A stretch of DNA of 64,000 nucleotides, taken from assembly GCA_049363815.1 (NCBI GenBank), contig JBMQEM010000097.1, forward strand, positions 1,925 through 65,924. The letters are read 5' to 3'. The notes under the pieces are model-generated. The model was not told the origin of the DNA. It saw only the letters and a list, made by a program, of their open reading frames with translations, and ran no database searches. Made by a program: the position numbers and the translations under genes. Positions 48,743 to 58,191 of the stretch are shown piece by piece (within the stretch, counting starts at the first letter, position 1; the number at the start of each line of letters is the position of its first letter). The DNA is from Bacteroidota bacterium. GTDB taxonomy: Bacteria; Bacteroidota; Bacteroidia; AKYH767-A; 2013-40CM-41-45.

Positions 48743-51172
48743 CTATTTAAGAGTGGTTAATTCTGTTCGCAGTTGAGCATATGCCTGACTTGTTCTTGAC
48801 TCAATTTCTATGAGCAGTTCATCAACTGCAGGCTCTCTTAATTCTTTCTCATTCATCATTTCAACCTTGGTCAATGCATTCTGTATCTCAGACATTCCCA
48901 TATAACCAAATGAAGGCTTGATTCTGTGTGCCACCTTCCTGAATTCATCCCAGTTTTTATTTTTGAAATGACCATACATTTCTGTGATCGCTTCCGGTGT
49001 TTTATTCAGGAACATTTCTATCATCTCTATCACAAAACTTTCGTTTCCTTCTGCAATTTGTTTCAGATAACTGAGGTTGATCTTCGGTGCATTCAGGAAA
49101 TGATTGATCGATTCTTTTGAAGGAGTAACCGGTGAGGAATTTCCTATTGATGCTCCTGTATCGCTATTTTTATTTGATTGAGTTGAAAGTTTCACTCCCG
49201 CTGTTTTAGGTTCAAAATGAGTATTTTGAACTTGTTTCAACGAAGAATTTTCACTTTGGGTTAGGGCAATTATCTTTTTCTTTAAATCCAGAGGATCGAA
49301 AGGTTTGTTAATATGATCGTTCATTCCATGATCCTTGCATTTCTGCTTTTCAGATGCCGTAGCATGGGCTGTCATGGCCATAATGGGAACTGAACAGAAA
49401 GGTTCCGGTAAAGTAGTCCTGATCGTTTTTGAAGCAGTTAAACCTTCCATGACAGGCATTTGTATGTCCATCAGAATCAGGTCGTAATGACCATTTTTAG
49501 CCAGTTTTACTGCTTCTTCGCCATTGTCGGCAAAGTCGATCGTAGCCTGCCAGTCTGAAAATATCTTCCTGACTACCAATTGGTTAATCTTATTGTCTTC
49601 GGCGATAAGAATCCTCAGATGAGAGATGCTTGCATCACTTTCTTTCTGAACTTCGACCTTTCTGACTGATTCCAGAATAGGGTAGTCGATATGAAAAGAA
49701 AAAGTTGTGCCTGTTCCCGGTTTACTTTTAACTTGAATTTCACCGTTCTGAAGTTCAATGAGTTTTTTTACAATCGTAAGCCCAAGACCGGTTCCACCGA
49801 ATTTCCTTGTCGTTTCAGAACTTGCCTGAGTAAAACTGTCGAAAATGGTAGAGATACTTTTTTCCGGAATACCAATTCCTGAATCTCTTACTTCAAATTG
49901 AACGGTGACCTTATCATTTATTTTCTGGCCCGCCCTGGCAATTATTCTCACTTCACCTTTTTCCGTGAACTTGATAGCATTACTTATCAGATTATTGATG
50001 ATCTGTGAAAGTCGGGTAGGGTCACCGCTGATTGCAGCAGGTAGTTTTGGATCTACTTCCGATACCAGCTGAATTCCTTTCTCATCTGCTTTCGCCTGGA
50101 ATAATTCAATTGCATGTCTGACAGACTGATTCAGGTTGAATGGCACATTTTCAAAAGTCATCTTACCGGCTTCAATCTTTGAGAAGTCTAGAATATCATC
50201 AATGATCACCATCAGATTATCAGAACACATTTTTATTGAATTCAGATAACCGGATTGTTCTTCATTCAAATTAGTATTAAGTAAAATTCGTGTCAGACCA
50301 ATAATTCCATTCATTGGCGTGCGAATCTCATGACTCATATTTGCAAGGAAGTTTTCCTTGATCTTTGCTGTTTCTTCTGCAAGTTGCCTTGCATTTTCTA
50401 GCTGTTCCTGAATGCGCTTATGTGCAGTTACATCAGCTGCAATTCCGATCACACCTATAATGGCATTATCATTGTCGCGTATTGATGTATAAAAGATCTC
50501 GAAATATTTTTTCCCCCATTCAGCAACGATCTTCACTTCCTTTCCTTCAAGTGCCTGATGAAAATACTCCTGTTGAATAGGTATTTCTTTAGAGAAATTT
50601 GCCAGAGGCTGATTGATGAATTTTTCTTTATCAATCTTTAATTCTTCCAGTCCCTTTCCTTCAAATAGTGTGAACTCACTGTTTTTGTTCAATGCAAATA
50701 GGATGATAGGGGAATTGGCAACCACTGCTTTCAACTGATTTTGAGTTGTGCTTAGTTGTAATTCAAGCTCGCGCTGACGTGTCGCCTGTTCTTTCAGGTT
50801 AACCATGTACCGCACACTTTGTGCAATACCTTCACCTGTTAAAAGATCTTTCGGGATGTAATCATTCGCTCCGGTCTTCATTGCTTCAACAGCAATTTTC
50901 TCATCACCTTGACTGGTAACAATAATGATCGGAGACTGATTTCCGGAACTGCGGATCTCTTTCAAAAGATCAATACCTGTTCCACCCGGTAAGTTATAAT
51001 CAAGAAATATACAGTCGTACTCCTGATCCTTTGTAGCAGCTTTCCCACTTTCATGGTCCTCTGCAAAATATAAATCGTGATTAATGCTTGCACTTTTCAA
51101 TGCCTTCTTAATGATCAACCGATCCAACTCGTCGTCCTCGACAACAAGTATCTGAAATTTTCTATCTGCCAT
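48743..51172 (-). CDS. Cytoplasmic hybrid histidine kinase REC-PAS-HisKA-HATPase-REC-Hpt
   Basis: REC1 (FLDYNLP), PAS-like domain, NMSHEIRTPMNG, NLISNAIKFT, DSGIGI, GGTGLGL, REC2 (LMDIQMP), Hpt (VAHRIKPS); no TM segment. Confidence 0.93.
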   Translation of the reverse strand: MADRKFQILVVEDDELDRLIIKKALKSASINHDLYFAEDHESGKAATKDQEYDCIFLDYNLPGGTGIDLLKEIRSSGNQSPIIIVTSQGDEKIAVEAMKTGANDYIPKDLLTGEGIAQSVRYMVNLKEQATRQRELELQLSTTQNQLKAVVANSPIILFALNKNSEFTLFEGKGLEELKIDKEKFINQPLANFSKEIPIQQEYFHQALEGKEVKIVAEWGKKYFEIFYTSIRDNDNAIIGVIGIAADVTAHKRIQEQLENARQLAEETAKIKENFLANMSHEIRTPMNGIIGLTRILLNTNLNEEQSGYLNSIKMCSDNLMVIIDDILDFSKIEAGKMTFENVPFNLNQSVRHAIELFQAKADEKGIQLVSEVDPKLPAAISGDPTRLSQIINNLISNAIKFTEKGEVRIIARAGQKINDKVTVQFEVRDSGIGIPEKSISTIFDSFTQASSETTRKFGGTGLGLTIVKKLIELQNGEIQVKSKPGTGTTFSFHIDYPILESVRKVEVQKESDASISHLRILIAEDNKINQLVVRKIFSDWQATIDFADNGEEAVKLAKNGHYDLILMDIQMPVMEGLTASKTIRTTLPEPFCSVPIMAMTAHATASEKQKCKDHGMNDHINKPFDPLDLKKKIIALTQSENSSLKQVQNTHFEPKTAGVKLSTQSNKNSDTGASIGNSSPVTPSKESINHFLNAPKINLSYLKQIAEGNESFVIEMIEMFLNKTPEAITEMYGHFKNKNWDEFRKVAHRIKPSFGYMGMSEIQNALTKVEMMNEKELREPAVDELLIEIESRTSQAYAQLRTELTTLK

Positions 51173-51374
51173 TTGTAAATGTGTTTATGCTCAAGTTTTG
51201 TAAGCATATTATTTTACTTGAATGGCTGTTTTACGTTAATCACAAAACCTTTTAAATATTACGTTTTTCTCGTATAAATTGAAAAAAAGACATGGTTTCT
51301 TACTTTTTATTTGATTTTCGTTATTCGTCTTTCGTCTTTCGTGTGTGTTGTATTTCTTTTGCGAAATTAATGAT

Positions 51375-51480
51375 GGGGTGTAGTCTGAAAATAAAGTTTG
51401 AGGTGTAGCCTGAAAATAATGTTTGAGGTGTAGTCTGAAAATAAAGTTGGGGTGTAGTCTGCAGACTACACCCCAACTTT
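51375..51480. repeat. Three tandem 24-25-bp repeats ending in a perfect 38-bp palindrome (REP-like)
   Basis: ggtgtagtctgaaaataaagtttga units at 51377, 51402 and 51427; aaagttggggtgtagtctg|cagactacaccccaacttt at 51443-51480. Confidence 0.9.
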
Positions 51481-51511
51481 ACATCGTTTAAAACGATAGA
51501 CGATTTACTGT

Positions 51512-52906
51512 TTACTTCTGAACAAAAAAGAAATCGATCAGATCAAAAAACTGCTGAACACTGTATGGTGATTTTTGAGACATGTATTCATCAATGGCGG
51601 CTGAGATCTCTTTTGGAGTAATGTAGCCGTTCAGATCAAGATCCAGTCGTCTGTAGATAGCAGGAATTACAGTATGTTCTTCCGGATTGGCAGCTGCTCT
51701 GTCATTCGACCATTTCTGTTCTACATCAGGTTTACGCTCTGCAAGTTTATCAAAGGCACGCAGGTATTCGATCACAGCAGGTAATGCTGCAAGAGAATCT
51801 TTTCTGAATGCCTCTTCGATCATTTCTTCTGTAATTGTAACACCTTGTTCGTTCACAACTGCATAAGCGGCACTGTTCAATTCCATGTCACGGTAATCAG
51901 GAATTCCATCGTCATCTTTGTCGAGTGGTTTACCGCTTCCATCCACCTGGTTAGAAGCCGGAGTTGCAGAAGAATCGTCGTTCACATCAGAAATTCCATC
52001 ACCATCAGCATCATCGCTGGTCAGTTCTTCAAAGTTTACACCTCTCACATCCGGTACATAATTGTAGCGGCTGTTTTTTCTGTCTCTTTCTGCACCGAAG
52101 TCGATCCGGAAAGCTACAGAAGTAAAGAAAAACTTGTCTTTTTTATCGTTGCCTTGGCGGCCTTCAATCCCTTCAGGAGTCATGCCGTCAATATAATCTG
52201 TATTGGTAGTGTGAAGAATCGAACTGAAATCCAATGAACATTTATTGCCCATTTTAAAACGGACACCGGCGCCTATCGGAAATCCGATGGCTGACTCTTT
52301 GTATTTTCCGAATCCGTCAATGTTGGCATCCCGCAGACTTGTTTCATAATCATAGTCTCTCCGTGTAACAGGTGAGTTGGAATTATTTGAAGATTCCGGA
52401 GCGTTTCTGACAGAACCATCCGACCAGTAATAGTAGAAATTACCATTTGCATCAAATAGATCTGTCTTTGAACGGAATGAAAGATATTCAACACCTGCAG
52501 TAACGTAAGGGATCAGAACCTGGTCACTTCTTTTTTTGCTGATCAATTCATAACGCACACGTAAACTTTGTGAAAAGACAGAGGCTTTAAAGTTTGCATG
52601 TTTATCAACTGTATTTTCTTCACCTGTCATTCTTCCTGATAAGAAGAATAATCCAAATGATAATCTTCCTTCTGTATGATTCTGAATACTGAATTCCAGA
52701 CCGGAATGAGCAGTAAATGGTTGGTTCAGTCTGTTGTAACCAATGTCACCATTGAAATTCATCACACCCTGAGCAATACTGATTGCAGGCAATTTGAAAC
52801 TGCTCTTCTTTGCCGCATCCTGTGCGGAAGAATTTGTTGCAAAAAGTAAGATGAATGCTAAAGAGCAGGAGAGAAGGATACGCATTGTGTGGTTATTAGT
52901 ATTCAC
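51512..52906 (-). CDS. Outer-membrane beta-barrel protein with TSP3-like Ca-binding repeats and a C-terminal EF-hand
   Basis: Signal ..SSA/Q; barrel strands (FPIGAGVRF, TDYIDG, FTSVAFRIDF); DADGDGISD and DKDDDGIPDYRD; DLDLNGYITPKE. Confidence 0.7.
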   Translation of the reverse strand: MNTNNHTMRILLSCSLAFILLFATNSSAQDAAKKSSFKLPAISIAQGVMNFNGDIGYNRLNQPFTAHSGLEFSIQNHTEGRLSFGLFFLSGRMTGEENTVDKHANFKASVFSQSLRVRYELISKKRSDQVLIPYVTAGVEYLSFRSKTDLFDANGNFYYYWSDGSVRNAPESSNNSNSPVTRRDYDYETSLRDANIDGFGKYKESAIGFPIGAGVRFKMGNKCSLDFSSILHTTNTDYIDGMTPEGIEGRQGNDKKDKFFFTSVAFRIDFGAERDRKNSRYNYVPDVRGVNFEELTSDDADGDGISDVNDDSSATPASNQVDGSGKPLDKDDDGIPDYRDMELNSAAYAVVNEQGVTITEEMIEEAFRKDSLAALPAVIEYLRAFDKLAERKPDVEQKWSNDRAAANPEEHTVIPAIYRRLDLDLNGYITPKEISAAIDEYMSQKSPYSVQQFFDLIDFFFVQK

Positions 52907-52911
52907 TGATT

Positions 52912-54141
52912 CTATTGATTGATTTTCTTATTTGACTGAGCCTGACTAACAGGAATTCTTTCGCCGTTATCATAAGCAACTATGAAAGCATCTTTTACCA
53001 GTTCCCTTGTTTTTGTACCAAATGCTTTTGCCTCTTCGTAAGAAGAAAAACTTCCGATAATATATTTCTTCCAGCCTTCATGATTGGTCAGTTCGACATT
53101 GTCTGTCACCTTATATTTTTTCTCGAAAAACTTTCCGTTTCTGGAAGGACTTTTTCGTGTAGCACAGATCTGTACTTTATAATAAACACCGGACTGTGGT
53201 GCAGGTAAATTCAGATCCATTGATCTATCTGCAGTAGCATTTCCGGAAGTGTTGTTTTCTTCAAGAACCTTAGCTGCCATCATTTGCCTTTCGTTTTCAC
53301 TGCTGATCAATGCATCTATGATCGAATCGGGTGTGGCTTCATCTGCTATAACTTCTGCACTTCTCTCAGATTCTGTCTTGTTTTCATTGGTTCCATACAC
53401 CAACATACCATTGATCTCAGGAGCAGTTTTCGATGATGATGAATGAACCAGGTATGAAATTGTAAACGATGATTCAACAGGAAAGGTTGTCCATGAAAAC
53501 ACTGCTTTCTGTCCTTCAAAAGTGAAAGTAGAACCATGTGTTTCTATTGCAGATGCATTAAAGTTTATAGGAATATCATCAATAAACTGCGCTCCGCTTG
53601 TTTCCTGATTTGGATGAATCGTTAACTCAACTCTGTATTCACCTTTATCCGGATTGACACTGATCAGTTTTCGTTCTACATCCGGTCTGTCCTGAACCGC
53701 ACTTGCAGAATTACTTACCATAATTTCAATAGGGTCTAAGGCAAGTTTCTGAGTTTTTTCGTCCTGGATATAATAGAAAAGCCCGTTAACTACTTGTTTG
53801 CCGTCAATGTTGGCATCAACTTTTACCTTATAGGAAACTGTAAAGACTTCATCTGCAGGGAGGGAGATCCAGATAAATTTAGCACTCTCTTCATCATTGA
53901 TAAATTGTGCTTTTCTGGTTTCAACTGCTTCTGCTGAAAATCCTTTCGGGAGAAATTGTTGCAACCTTGCAAAGCCGGATTGATTTCCTTTATGAACAGT
54001 AAGTGTTACAGTGAATTCAGTTCCGGGCTTTACCTCTGAAGGAAATGTCTGTTCTACAAAGATCTTTGAATCAGGAGTGACAAAGATCGAAGCAATAAAG
54101 ATCGATAATGCCGAGGCAAACAGGAGTACGATTTTAATCAT
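52912..54141 (-). CDS. Exported protein with two Ig-like domains and a C-terminal SPOR domain
   Basis: N-terminal hydrophobic segment, two similar beta-sandwich units, C-terminal YYKVQICA...WKKYIIGSF..YEEA....DAFIVAY..GERI. Confidence 0.72.
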   Translation of the reverse strand: MIKIVLLFASALSIFIASIFVTPDSKIFVEQTFPSEVKPGTEFTVTLTVHKGNQSGFARLQQFLPKGFSAEAVETRKAQFINDEESAKFIWISLPADEVFTVSYKVKVDANIDGKQVVNGLFYYIQDEKTQKLALDPIEIMVSNSASAVQDRPDVERKLISVNPDKGEYRVELTIHPNQETSGAQFIDDIPINFNASAIETHGSTFTFEGQKAVFSWTTFPVESSFTISYLVHSSSSKTAPEINGMLVYGTNENKTESERSAEVIADEATPDSIIDALISSENERQMMAAKVLEENNTSGNATADRSMDLNLPAPQSGVYYKVQICATRKSPSRNGKFFEKKYKVTDNVELTNHEGWKKYIIGSFSSYEEAKAFGTKTRELVKDAFIVAYDNGERIPVSQAQSNKKINQ

Positions 54142-54246
54142 TGGGCTTGAATATTATTCAGGCCTCAAATTAGTTTAACAATTGAAACTTCTCCGAATGA
54201 AAATGATTCAGTTATCCAATGTCAAATGTTGATAACCACTCGCTTA

Positions 54247-54954
54247 TCAGAAGTTGGGTTTCAACAGGTATCTGCTGTAAAAGTCGTTGATGTGTTTCAC
54301 CGCGTGGTCCGCGTCATCCGCTAGGAAGACGAGGTCGAGGTCTGCAGGATTGATCATTTTTTCCGCCACTAAAACGGTCTTGATCCAGTCAAAAAGTCCG
54401 GCCCAATATTCTTTTCCGGCCAAAACGATTGGAAACTTTCCGATTTTTTTAGTCTGAATTAACGTTAAGGCTTCAAATAATTCGTCCATTGTTCCAAATC
54501 CTCCCGGTAATACGACAAAGCCCTGTGCATACTTAATGAACATTAGTTTTCGCACAAAAAAGTAATCGAAGGTGATCAGCTTATCAGGGTCTATATATGG
54601 ATTAGAGCTTTGCTCAAAAGGCAACTCAATATTCAAACCGACTGATTTACCACCAGCCGTTTTTGCTCCTTTGTTTGCAGCTTCCATAATGCCCGGACCG
54701 CCGCCGGTTATAATTCCATAACCTTCTTTGGTCAGTTTATAAGCGATCTCTTCTGCAAGGTGATAGAAGTGGTGATCAGGACTTGTTCTTGCTGAACCGA
54801 ATATCGAAACACAGGGTCCGATCTTACTTAGTTTTTCAAAACCATCTACAAATTCAGACATGATCTTGAAGATCTGCCATGTATCGTGAGCTTTAATTTC
54901 CTGCCAGTCTTTATCCGAAAACGCACGTCGGATCTTTAATTCATCGTAATTCAT
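54247..54954 (-). CDS. LOG-family nucleotide phosphoribohydrolase (TIGR00730-like)
   Basis: VSIFGSAR, TGGGPGIMEAAN, YFFVRK, PGGFGTMDE. Confidence 0.92.
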   Translation of the reverse strand: MNYDELKIRRAFSDKDWQEIKAHDTWQIFKIMSEFVDGFEKLSKIGPCVSIFGSARTSPDHHFYHLAEEIAYKLTKEGYGIITGGGPGIMEAANKGAKTAGGKSVGLNIELPFEQSSNPYIDPDKLITFDYFFVRKLMFIKYAQGFVVLPGGFGTMDELFEALTLIQTKKIGKFPIVLAGKEYWAGLFDWIKTVLVAEKMINPADLDLVFLADDADHAVKHINDFYSRYLLKPNF

Positions 54955-54993
54955 TGAGGTGTTTTTATATATTTTAATCGGCTATCACCTTTG

Positions 54994-55046
54994 ACCTTTT
55001 ACCCTTGACCAATTTATAATCTGTAAATTGGTCAAGGGTAAAAGGT
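54994..55046. repeat. Perfect 23-bp inverted repeat with heptamer substructure
   Basis: accttttacccttgaccaattta-taatctg-taaattggtcaagggtaaaaggt. Confidence 0.85.
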
Positions 55047-55059
55047 GAAGGTTCGCGAA

Positions 55060-55091
55060 GTTGGGGCGCAGTCTGCAGACAATGCCCCAAC
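55060..55091. repeat. Degenerate second copy of the 51443-51480 palindrome
   Basis: gttggggcgcagtctg|cagacaatgccccaac. Confidence 0.8.
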
Positions 55092-55100
55092 ATTGAAGCC

Positions 55101-57971
55101 TTAGTTTAACGCAGCCTTCTTTCTAAGGTTGCCTGTTTTTTGAGTAATTGAAAGCTCGGTTTTAAGGAATTCTGCCGTAATACTGTCCTTATTATTAATG
55201 ATCTGCCTTGGTGTCCCTTCGCAGACAATTGTGCCTCCACGCATACCGCCTTCAGGGCCAAGGTCGAAAATGTAATCGGATGCTTTGATCATATCCATAT
55301 TATGTTCAATGACCATAACTGTATTTCCTTTATCCACCAGACGGTTCAGAACATCAAGTAAAATTCTCACGTCCTCAAAATGCAAGCCGGTTGTAGGCTC
55401 ATCGAGTATGTAAAAAGTATTTCCCGTATCCCGTTTGGATAGTTCTGATGCCAGTTTCACCCGTTGTGCTTCACCACCACTTAGTGTCGTGCTTTGTTGT
55501 CCAAGTGTCACATAGCCTAAACCAACTTCTGCAAGAGTTTTTATTTTCTGTAAGATATGCGGCATGTTGTTGAAAAAGTTTACAGCTTCTTCTATACTCA
55601 TATCAAGAATATCACTGATTGATTTTCCCCTGTACCTTATTTCGAGCGTTTCACGATTATATCTTTTGCCCCGACAGGTCTCGCATTCTACATAGACATC
55701 CGGAAGAAAATTCATTTCTATTACTCTCATTCCACCACCCTGACAGGTTTCACATCGTCCGCCTTTTACATTGAAAGAGAATCGTCCCGGTTGATATCCG
55801 CGGATCGCTGCTTCAGGTAATTGCGCAAACAAATTTCTGATGTCTGTAAATACACCGGTATAGGTTGCAGGATTTGATCGCGGAGTTCTTCCAATTGGTG
55901 ACTGGTCGATCTCAATCACTTTGTCGACGTGTTGTAATCCTTTTATTGATTTGTATGGAAGAGGCTTCTGAACTGAATTGTAAAAATGCTGATTCAGGAT
56001 CGGGTAAAGCGTTTCATTGATCAATGATGATTTACCGCTTCCTGAAACTCCTGTAACACAAATTAATTTTCCAAGATGAATTTTTATACTTACATTTTTC
56101 AGGTTGTGACCGGTGGCATCTTTAAGCTCAATATATTTGCCATTTCCATCTCTGTATTTTAATGGAGCAAAAATAAATTTACGTTCACTCAGGTAATCAG
56201 TCGTCAGACCGGGCTGCTTCATGATCTCTTCCGGAGTTCCCTGTGCCACTATATTTCCTCCATGTACTCCTGCACCCGGACCCAGATCGATCACATAATC
56301 TGCAGCAAGTATGGTTTCTTTATCATGCTCAACAACGATCACTGTATTGCCTGCATCCCGTAATTCCTGTAATGATTTTATCAAACGGACATTATCTCTT
56401 TGATGCAAACCTATGCTCGGTTCATCAAGAATATATAACACACCGACCAGTTGTGATCCGATCTGTGTAGCTAAACGGATCCGCTGTGTTTCACCACCGC
56501 TTAAAGTTTTTGAACTTCTGTTGAGTGTAAGATAATCCAGTCCGACATCAAGTAAAAACTTTATCCGTTTGCGGATCTCCTTGATCACTTCTGTCCCGAT
56601 CTTTTTTTGCTTTGCAGAAAGTTTGTCTTCCAGCTTTGAAAACCAGTCGCCCAGGATCTGTATATCCGTATTTGCAAGCTCAGAAATATTCTTATTGTTG
56701 ATCTTGAAATAAAGAGCTTCTTTTTTCAGCCGGTCTCCATTGCATTCCGGACAGGTCACATGTTGCATGAAACCCTGGATCCATCTTTTCATGGAAGGAG
56801 AAGCCGATTCATTTTCCTGATTGACGATGAAGTTGACAATTCCTTCGTAAGTCGAAGGCTGATGATAAGCACTTCCCGACTGGTCAGAAGCGACATTTAA
56901 AACATCATCTGAACCATAAAGAATAATATTGAGTGACTCTTCTGGAATTTCATCAAGTGGTGTAGACAAGTTGAACTGATACTTTCTTCCCAATGCCATG
57001 AGTTGTTTGAAGATCCAGTTGTCCTTCTGCGGCCCAAGTGGAATGATTCCTCCGGCCTTGATGGATTTTTTGAAATCAGGAATTATACTTTTAATGTCAA
57101 CTTCTGTAATTGTTCCAAGTCCGTTGCACCTTTTGCATGCACCATATGGTGAATTGAATGAAAAGGTATTTGGCTGGGGTTCATCATACGATATTCCGGA
57201 TGTAGGACACATCAGGTGTCGACTGTAATAATTTTCTTTTTCCTTTCCATTCTCAATGATCATGATCGATCCCTTGCCTAATTTCATTGCAAGGGTGAGT
57301 GATTCATTCAGGCGTTGTTGTATTCCCGGCCCGATCTCAAGTCTGTCGATCAGTAATTCAATGTCATGGGTCTTATATCTGTCTAATTGTAATCCTTTTT
57401 TCAATTCAACCAGGTTTCCATCATTGCGAACCCGTAAATATCCTTGTTGTGATAATTGCTCAAACAATTCCCGGTAATGACCTTTTCTTGCTTTAACCAA
57501 AGGTGCAAGCAACATGACCTTCTTGCCATTGAATTTCTGTATGATAAGCTCAATGATCTGTTCGTCGCTTAGCTTGATCATCTTTTCACCGGTCGTGTAA
57601 GAATAGGCTTCAGATGCTCTGGCAAAAAGCAATCTCATGAAATCATAGATCTCTGTAATGGTTCCTACAGTGGACCGCGGATTCAGATTGGTTGTCTTCT
57701 GTTCAATCGAAATGACAGGGGAGAGGCCATTGATCTTGTCAACTTCCGGCCTTTCCATATTACCTAAAAACTGTCGGGCGTATGCTGAGAAACTTTCAAG
57801 GTATCGACGTTGTCCTTCTGCATAGATCGTATCAAAGGCTAGTGAAGATTTTCCACTACCGCTCAAACCGGTAATTACGACCAGTTGATTTCGTGGAAAA
57901 GTAAGATCAATGTTTTTTAAATTATGTACCCTCGCCCCGTAAATTTCCAGCAACTCTGTTTCTTCCGACAT
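55101..57971 (-). CDS. uvrA: Excinuclease ABC subunit A
   Basis: GARVHNLKNI, GLSGSGKSS, CxxC zinc modules, LSGGETQR / LSGGEAQR, LDEP. Confidence 0.98.
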   Translation of the reverse strand: MSEETELLEIYGARVHNLKNIDLTFPRNQLVVITGLSGSGKSSLAFDTIYAEGQRRYLESFSAYARQFLGNMERPEVDKINGLSPVISIEQKTTNLNPRSTVGTITEIYDFMRLLFARASEAYSYTTGEKMIKLSDEQIIELIIQKFNGKKVMLLAPLVKARKGHYRELFEQLSQQGYLRVRNDGNLVELKKGLQLDRYKTHDIELLIDRLEIGPGIQQRLNESLTLAMKLGKGSIMIIENGKEKENYYSRHLMCPTSGISYDEPQPNTFSFNSPYGACKRCNGLGTITEVDIKSIIPDFKKSIKAGGIIPLGPQKDNWIFKQLMALGRKYQFNLSTPLDEIPEESLNIILYGSDDVLNVASDQSGSAYHQPSTYEGIVNFIVNQENESASPSMKRWIQGFMQHVTCPECNGDRLKKEALYFKINNKNISELANTDIQILGDWFSKLEDKLSAKQKKIGTEVIKEIRKRIKFLLDVGLDYLTLNRSSKTLSGGETQRIRLATQIGSQLVGVLYILDEPSIGLHQRDNVRLIKSLQELRDAGNTVIVVEHDKETILAADYVIDLGPGAGVHGGNIVAQGTPEEIMKQPGLTTDYLSERKFIFAPLKYRDGNGKYIELKDATGHNLKNVSIKIHLGKLICVTGVSGSGKSSLINETLYPILNQHFYNSVQKPLPYKSIKGLQHVDKVIEIDQSPIGRTPRSNPATYTGVFTDIRNLFAQLPEAAIRGYQPGRFSFNVKGGRCETCQGGGMRVIEMNFLPDVYVECETCRGKRYNRETLEIRYRGKSISDILDMSIEEAVNFFNNMPHILQKIKTLAEVGLGYVTLGQQSTTLSGGEAQRVKLASELSKRDTGNTFYILDEPTTGLHFEDVRILLDVLNRLVDKGNTVMVIEHNMDMIKASDYIFDLGPEGGMRGGTIVCEGTPRQIINNKDSITAEFLKTELSITQKTGNLRKKAALN

Positions 57972-57997
57972 TTTTTCTGAATCGATTTTTGAACTTG

Positions 57998-58005
57998 CGA
58001 AGGTA
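57998..58005 (-). promoter_or_regulatory. Possible -7 element of uvrA (TAnnTTCG variant)
   Basis: TACCTTCG on the minus strand 26 nt upstream of the ATG. Confidence 0.4.
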
Positions 58006-58191
58006 AGGAAATTTGTTCTAATTGTTTATTGGATTCAGGGTGTTTAAAGTGTATTAGGTGTTGTGTAGTATCATTAACTATTACAACACTTTAAACCCGA
58101 CAATCGCATAAAACCAGTTAAACAATAATCTCCCATCAAAATAAAATCCCAATTTCTTCGTTCCCACAAATATTCCTTTCTTTGCATCTAT

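Noticed and set aside
51375-51480. CRISPR array
   Set aside because: The repeats are directly adjacent with no unique spacers, the period is only 24-25 bp and no cas genes are present.
57972-58191. SOS operator upstream of uvrA
   Set aside because: I found no convincing short palindromic operator. The visible inverted repeat (~58038-58098) is a degenerate member of the intergenic repeat class.
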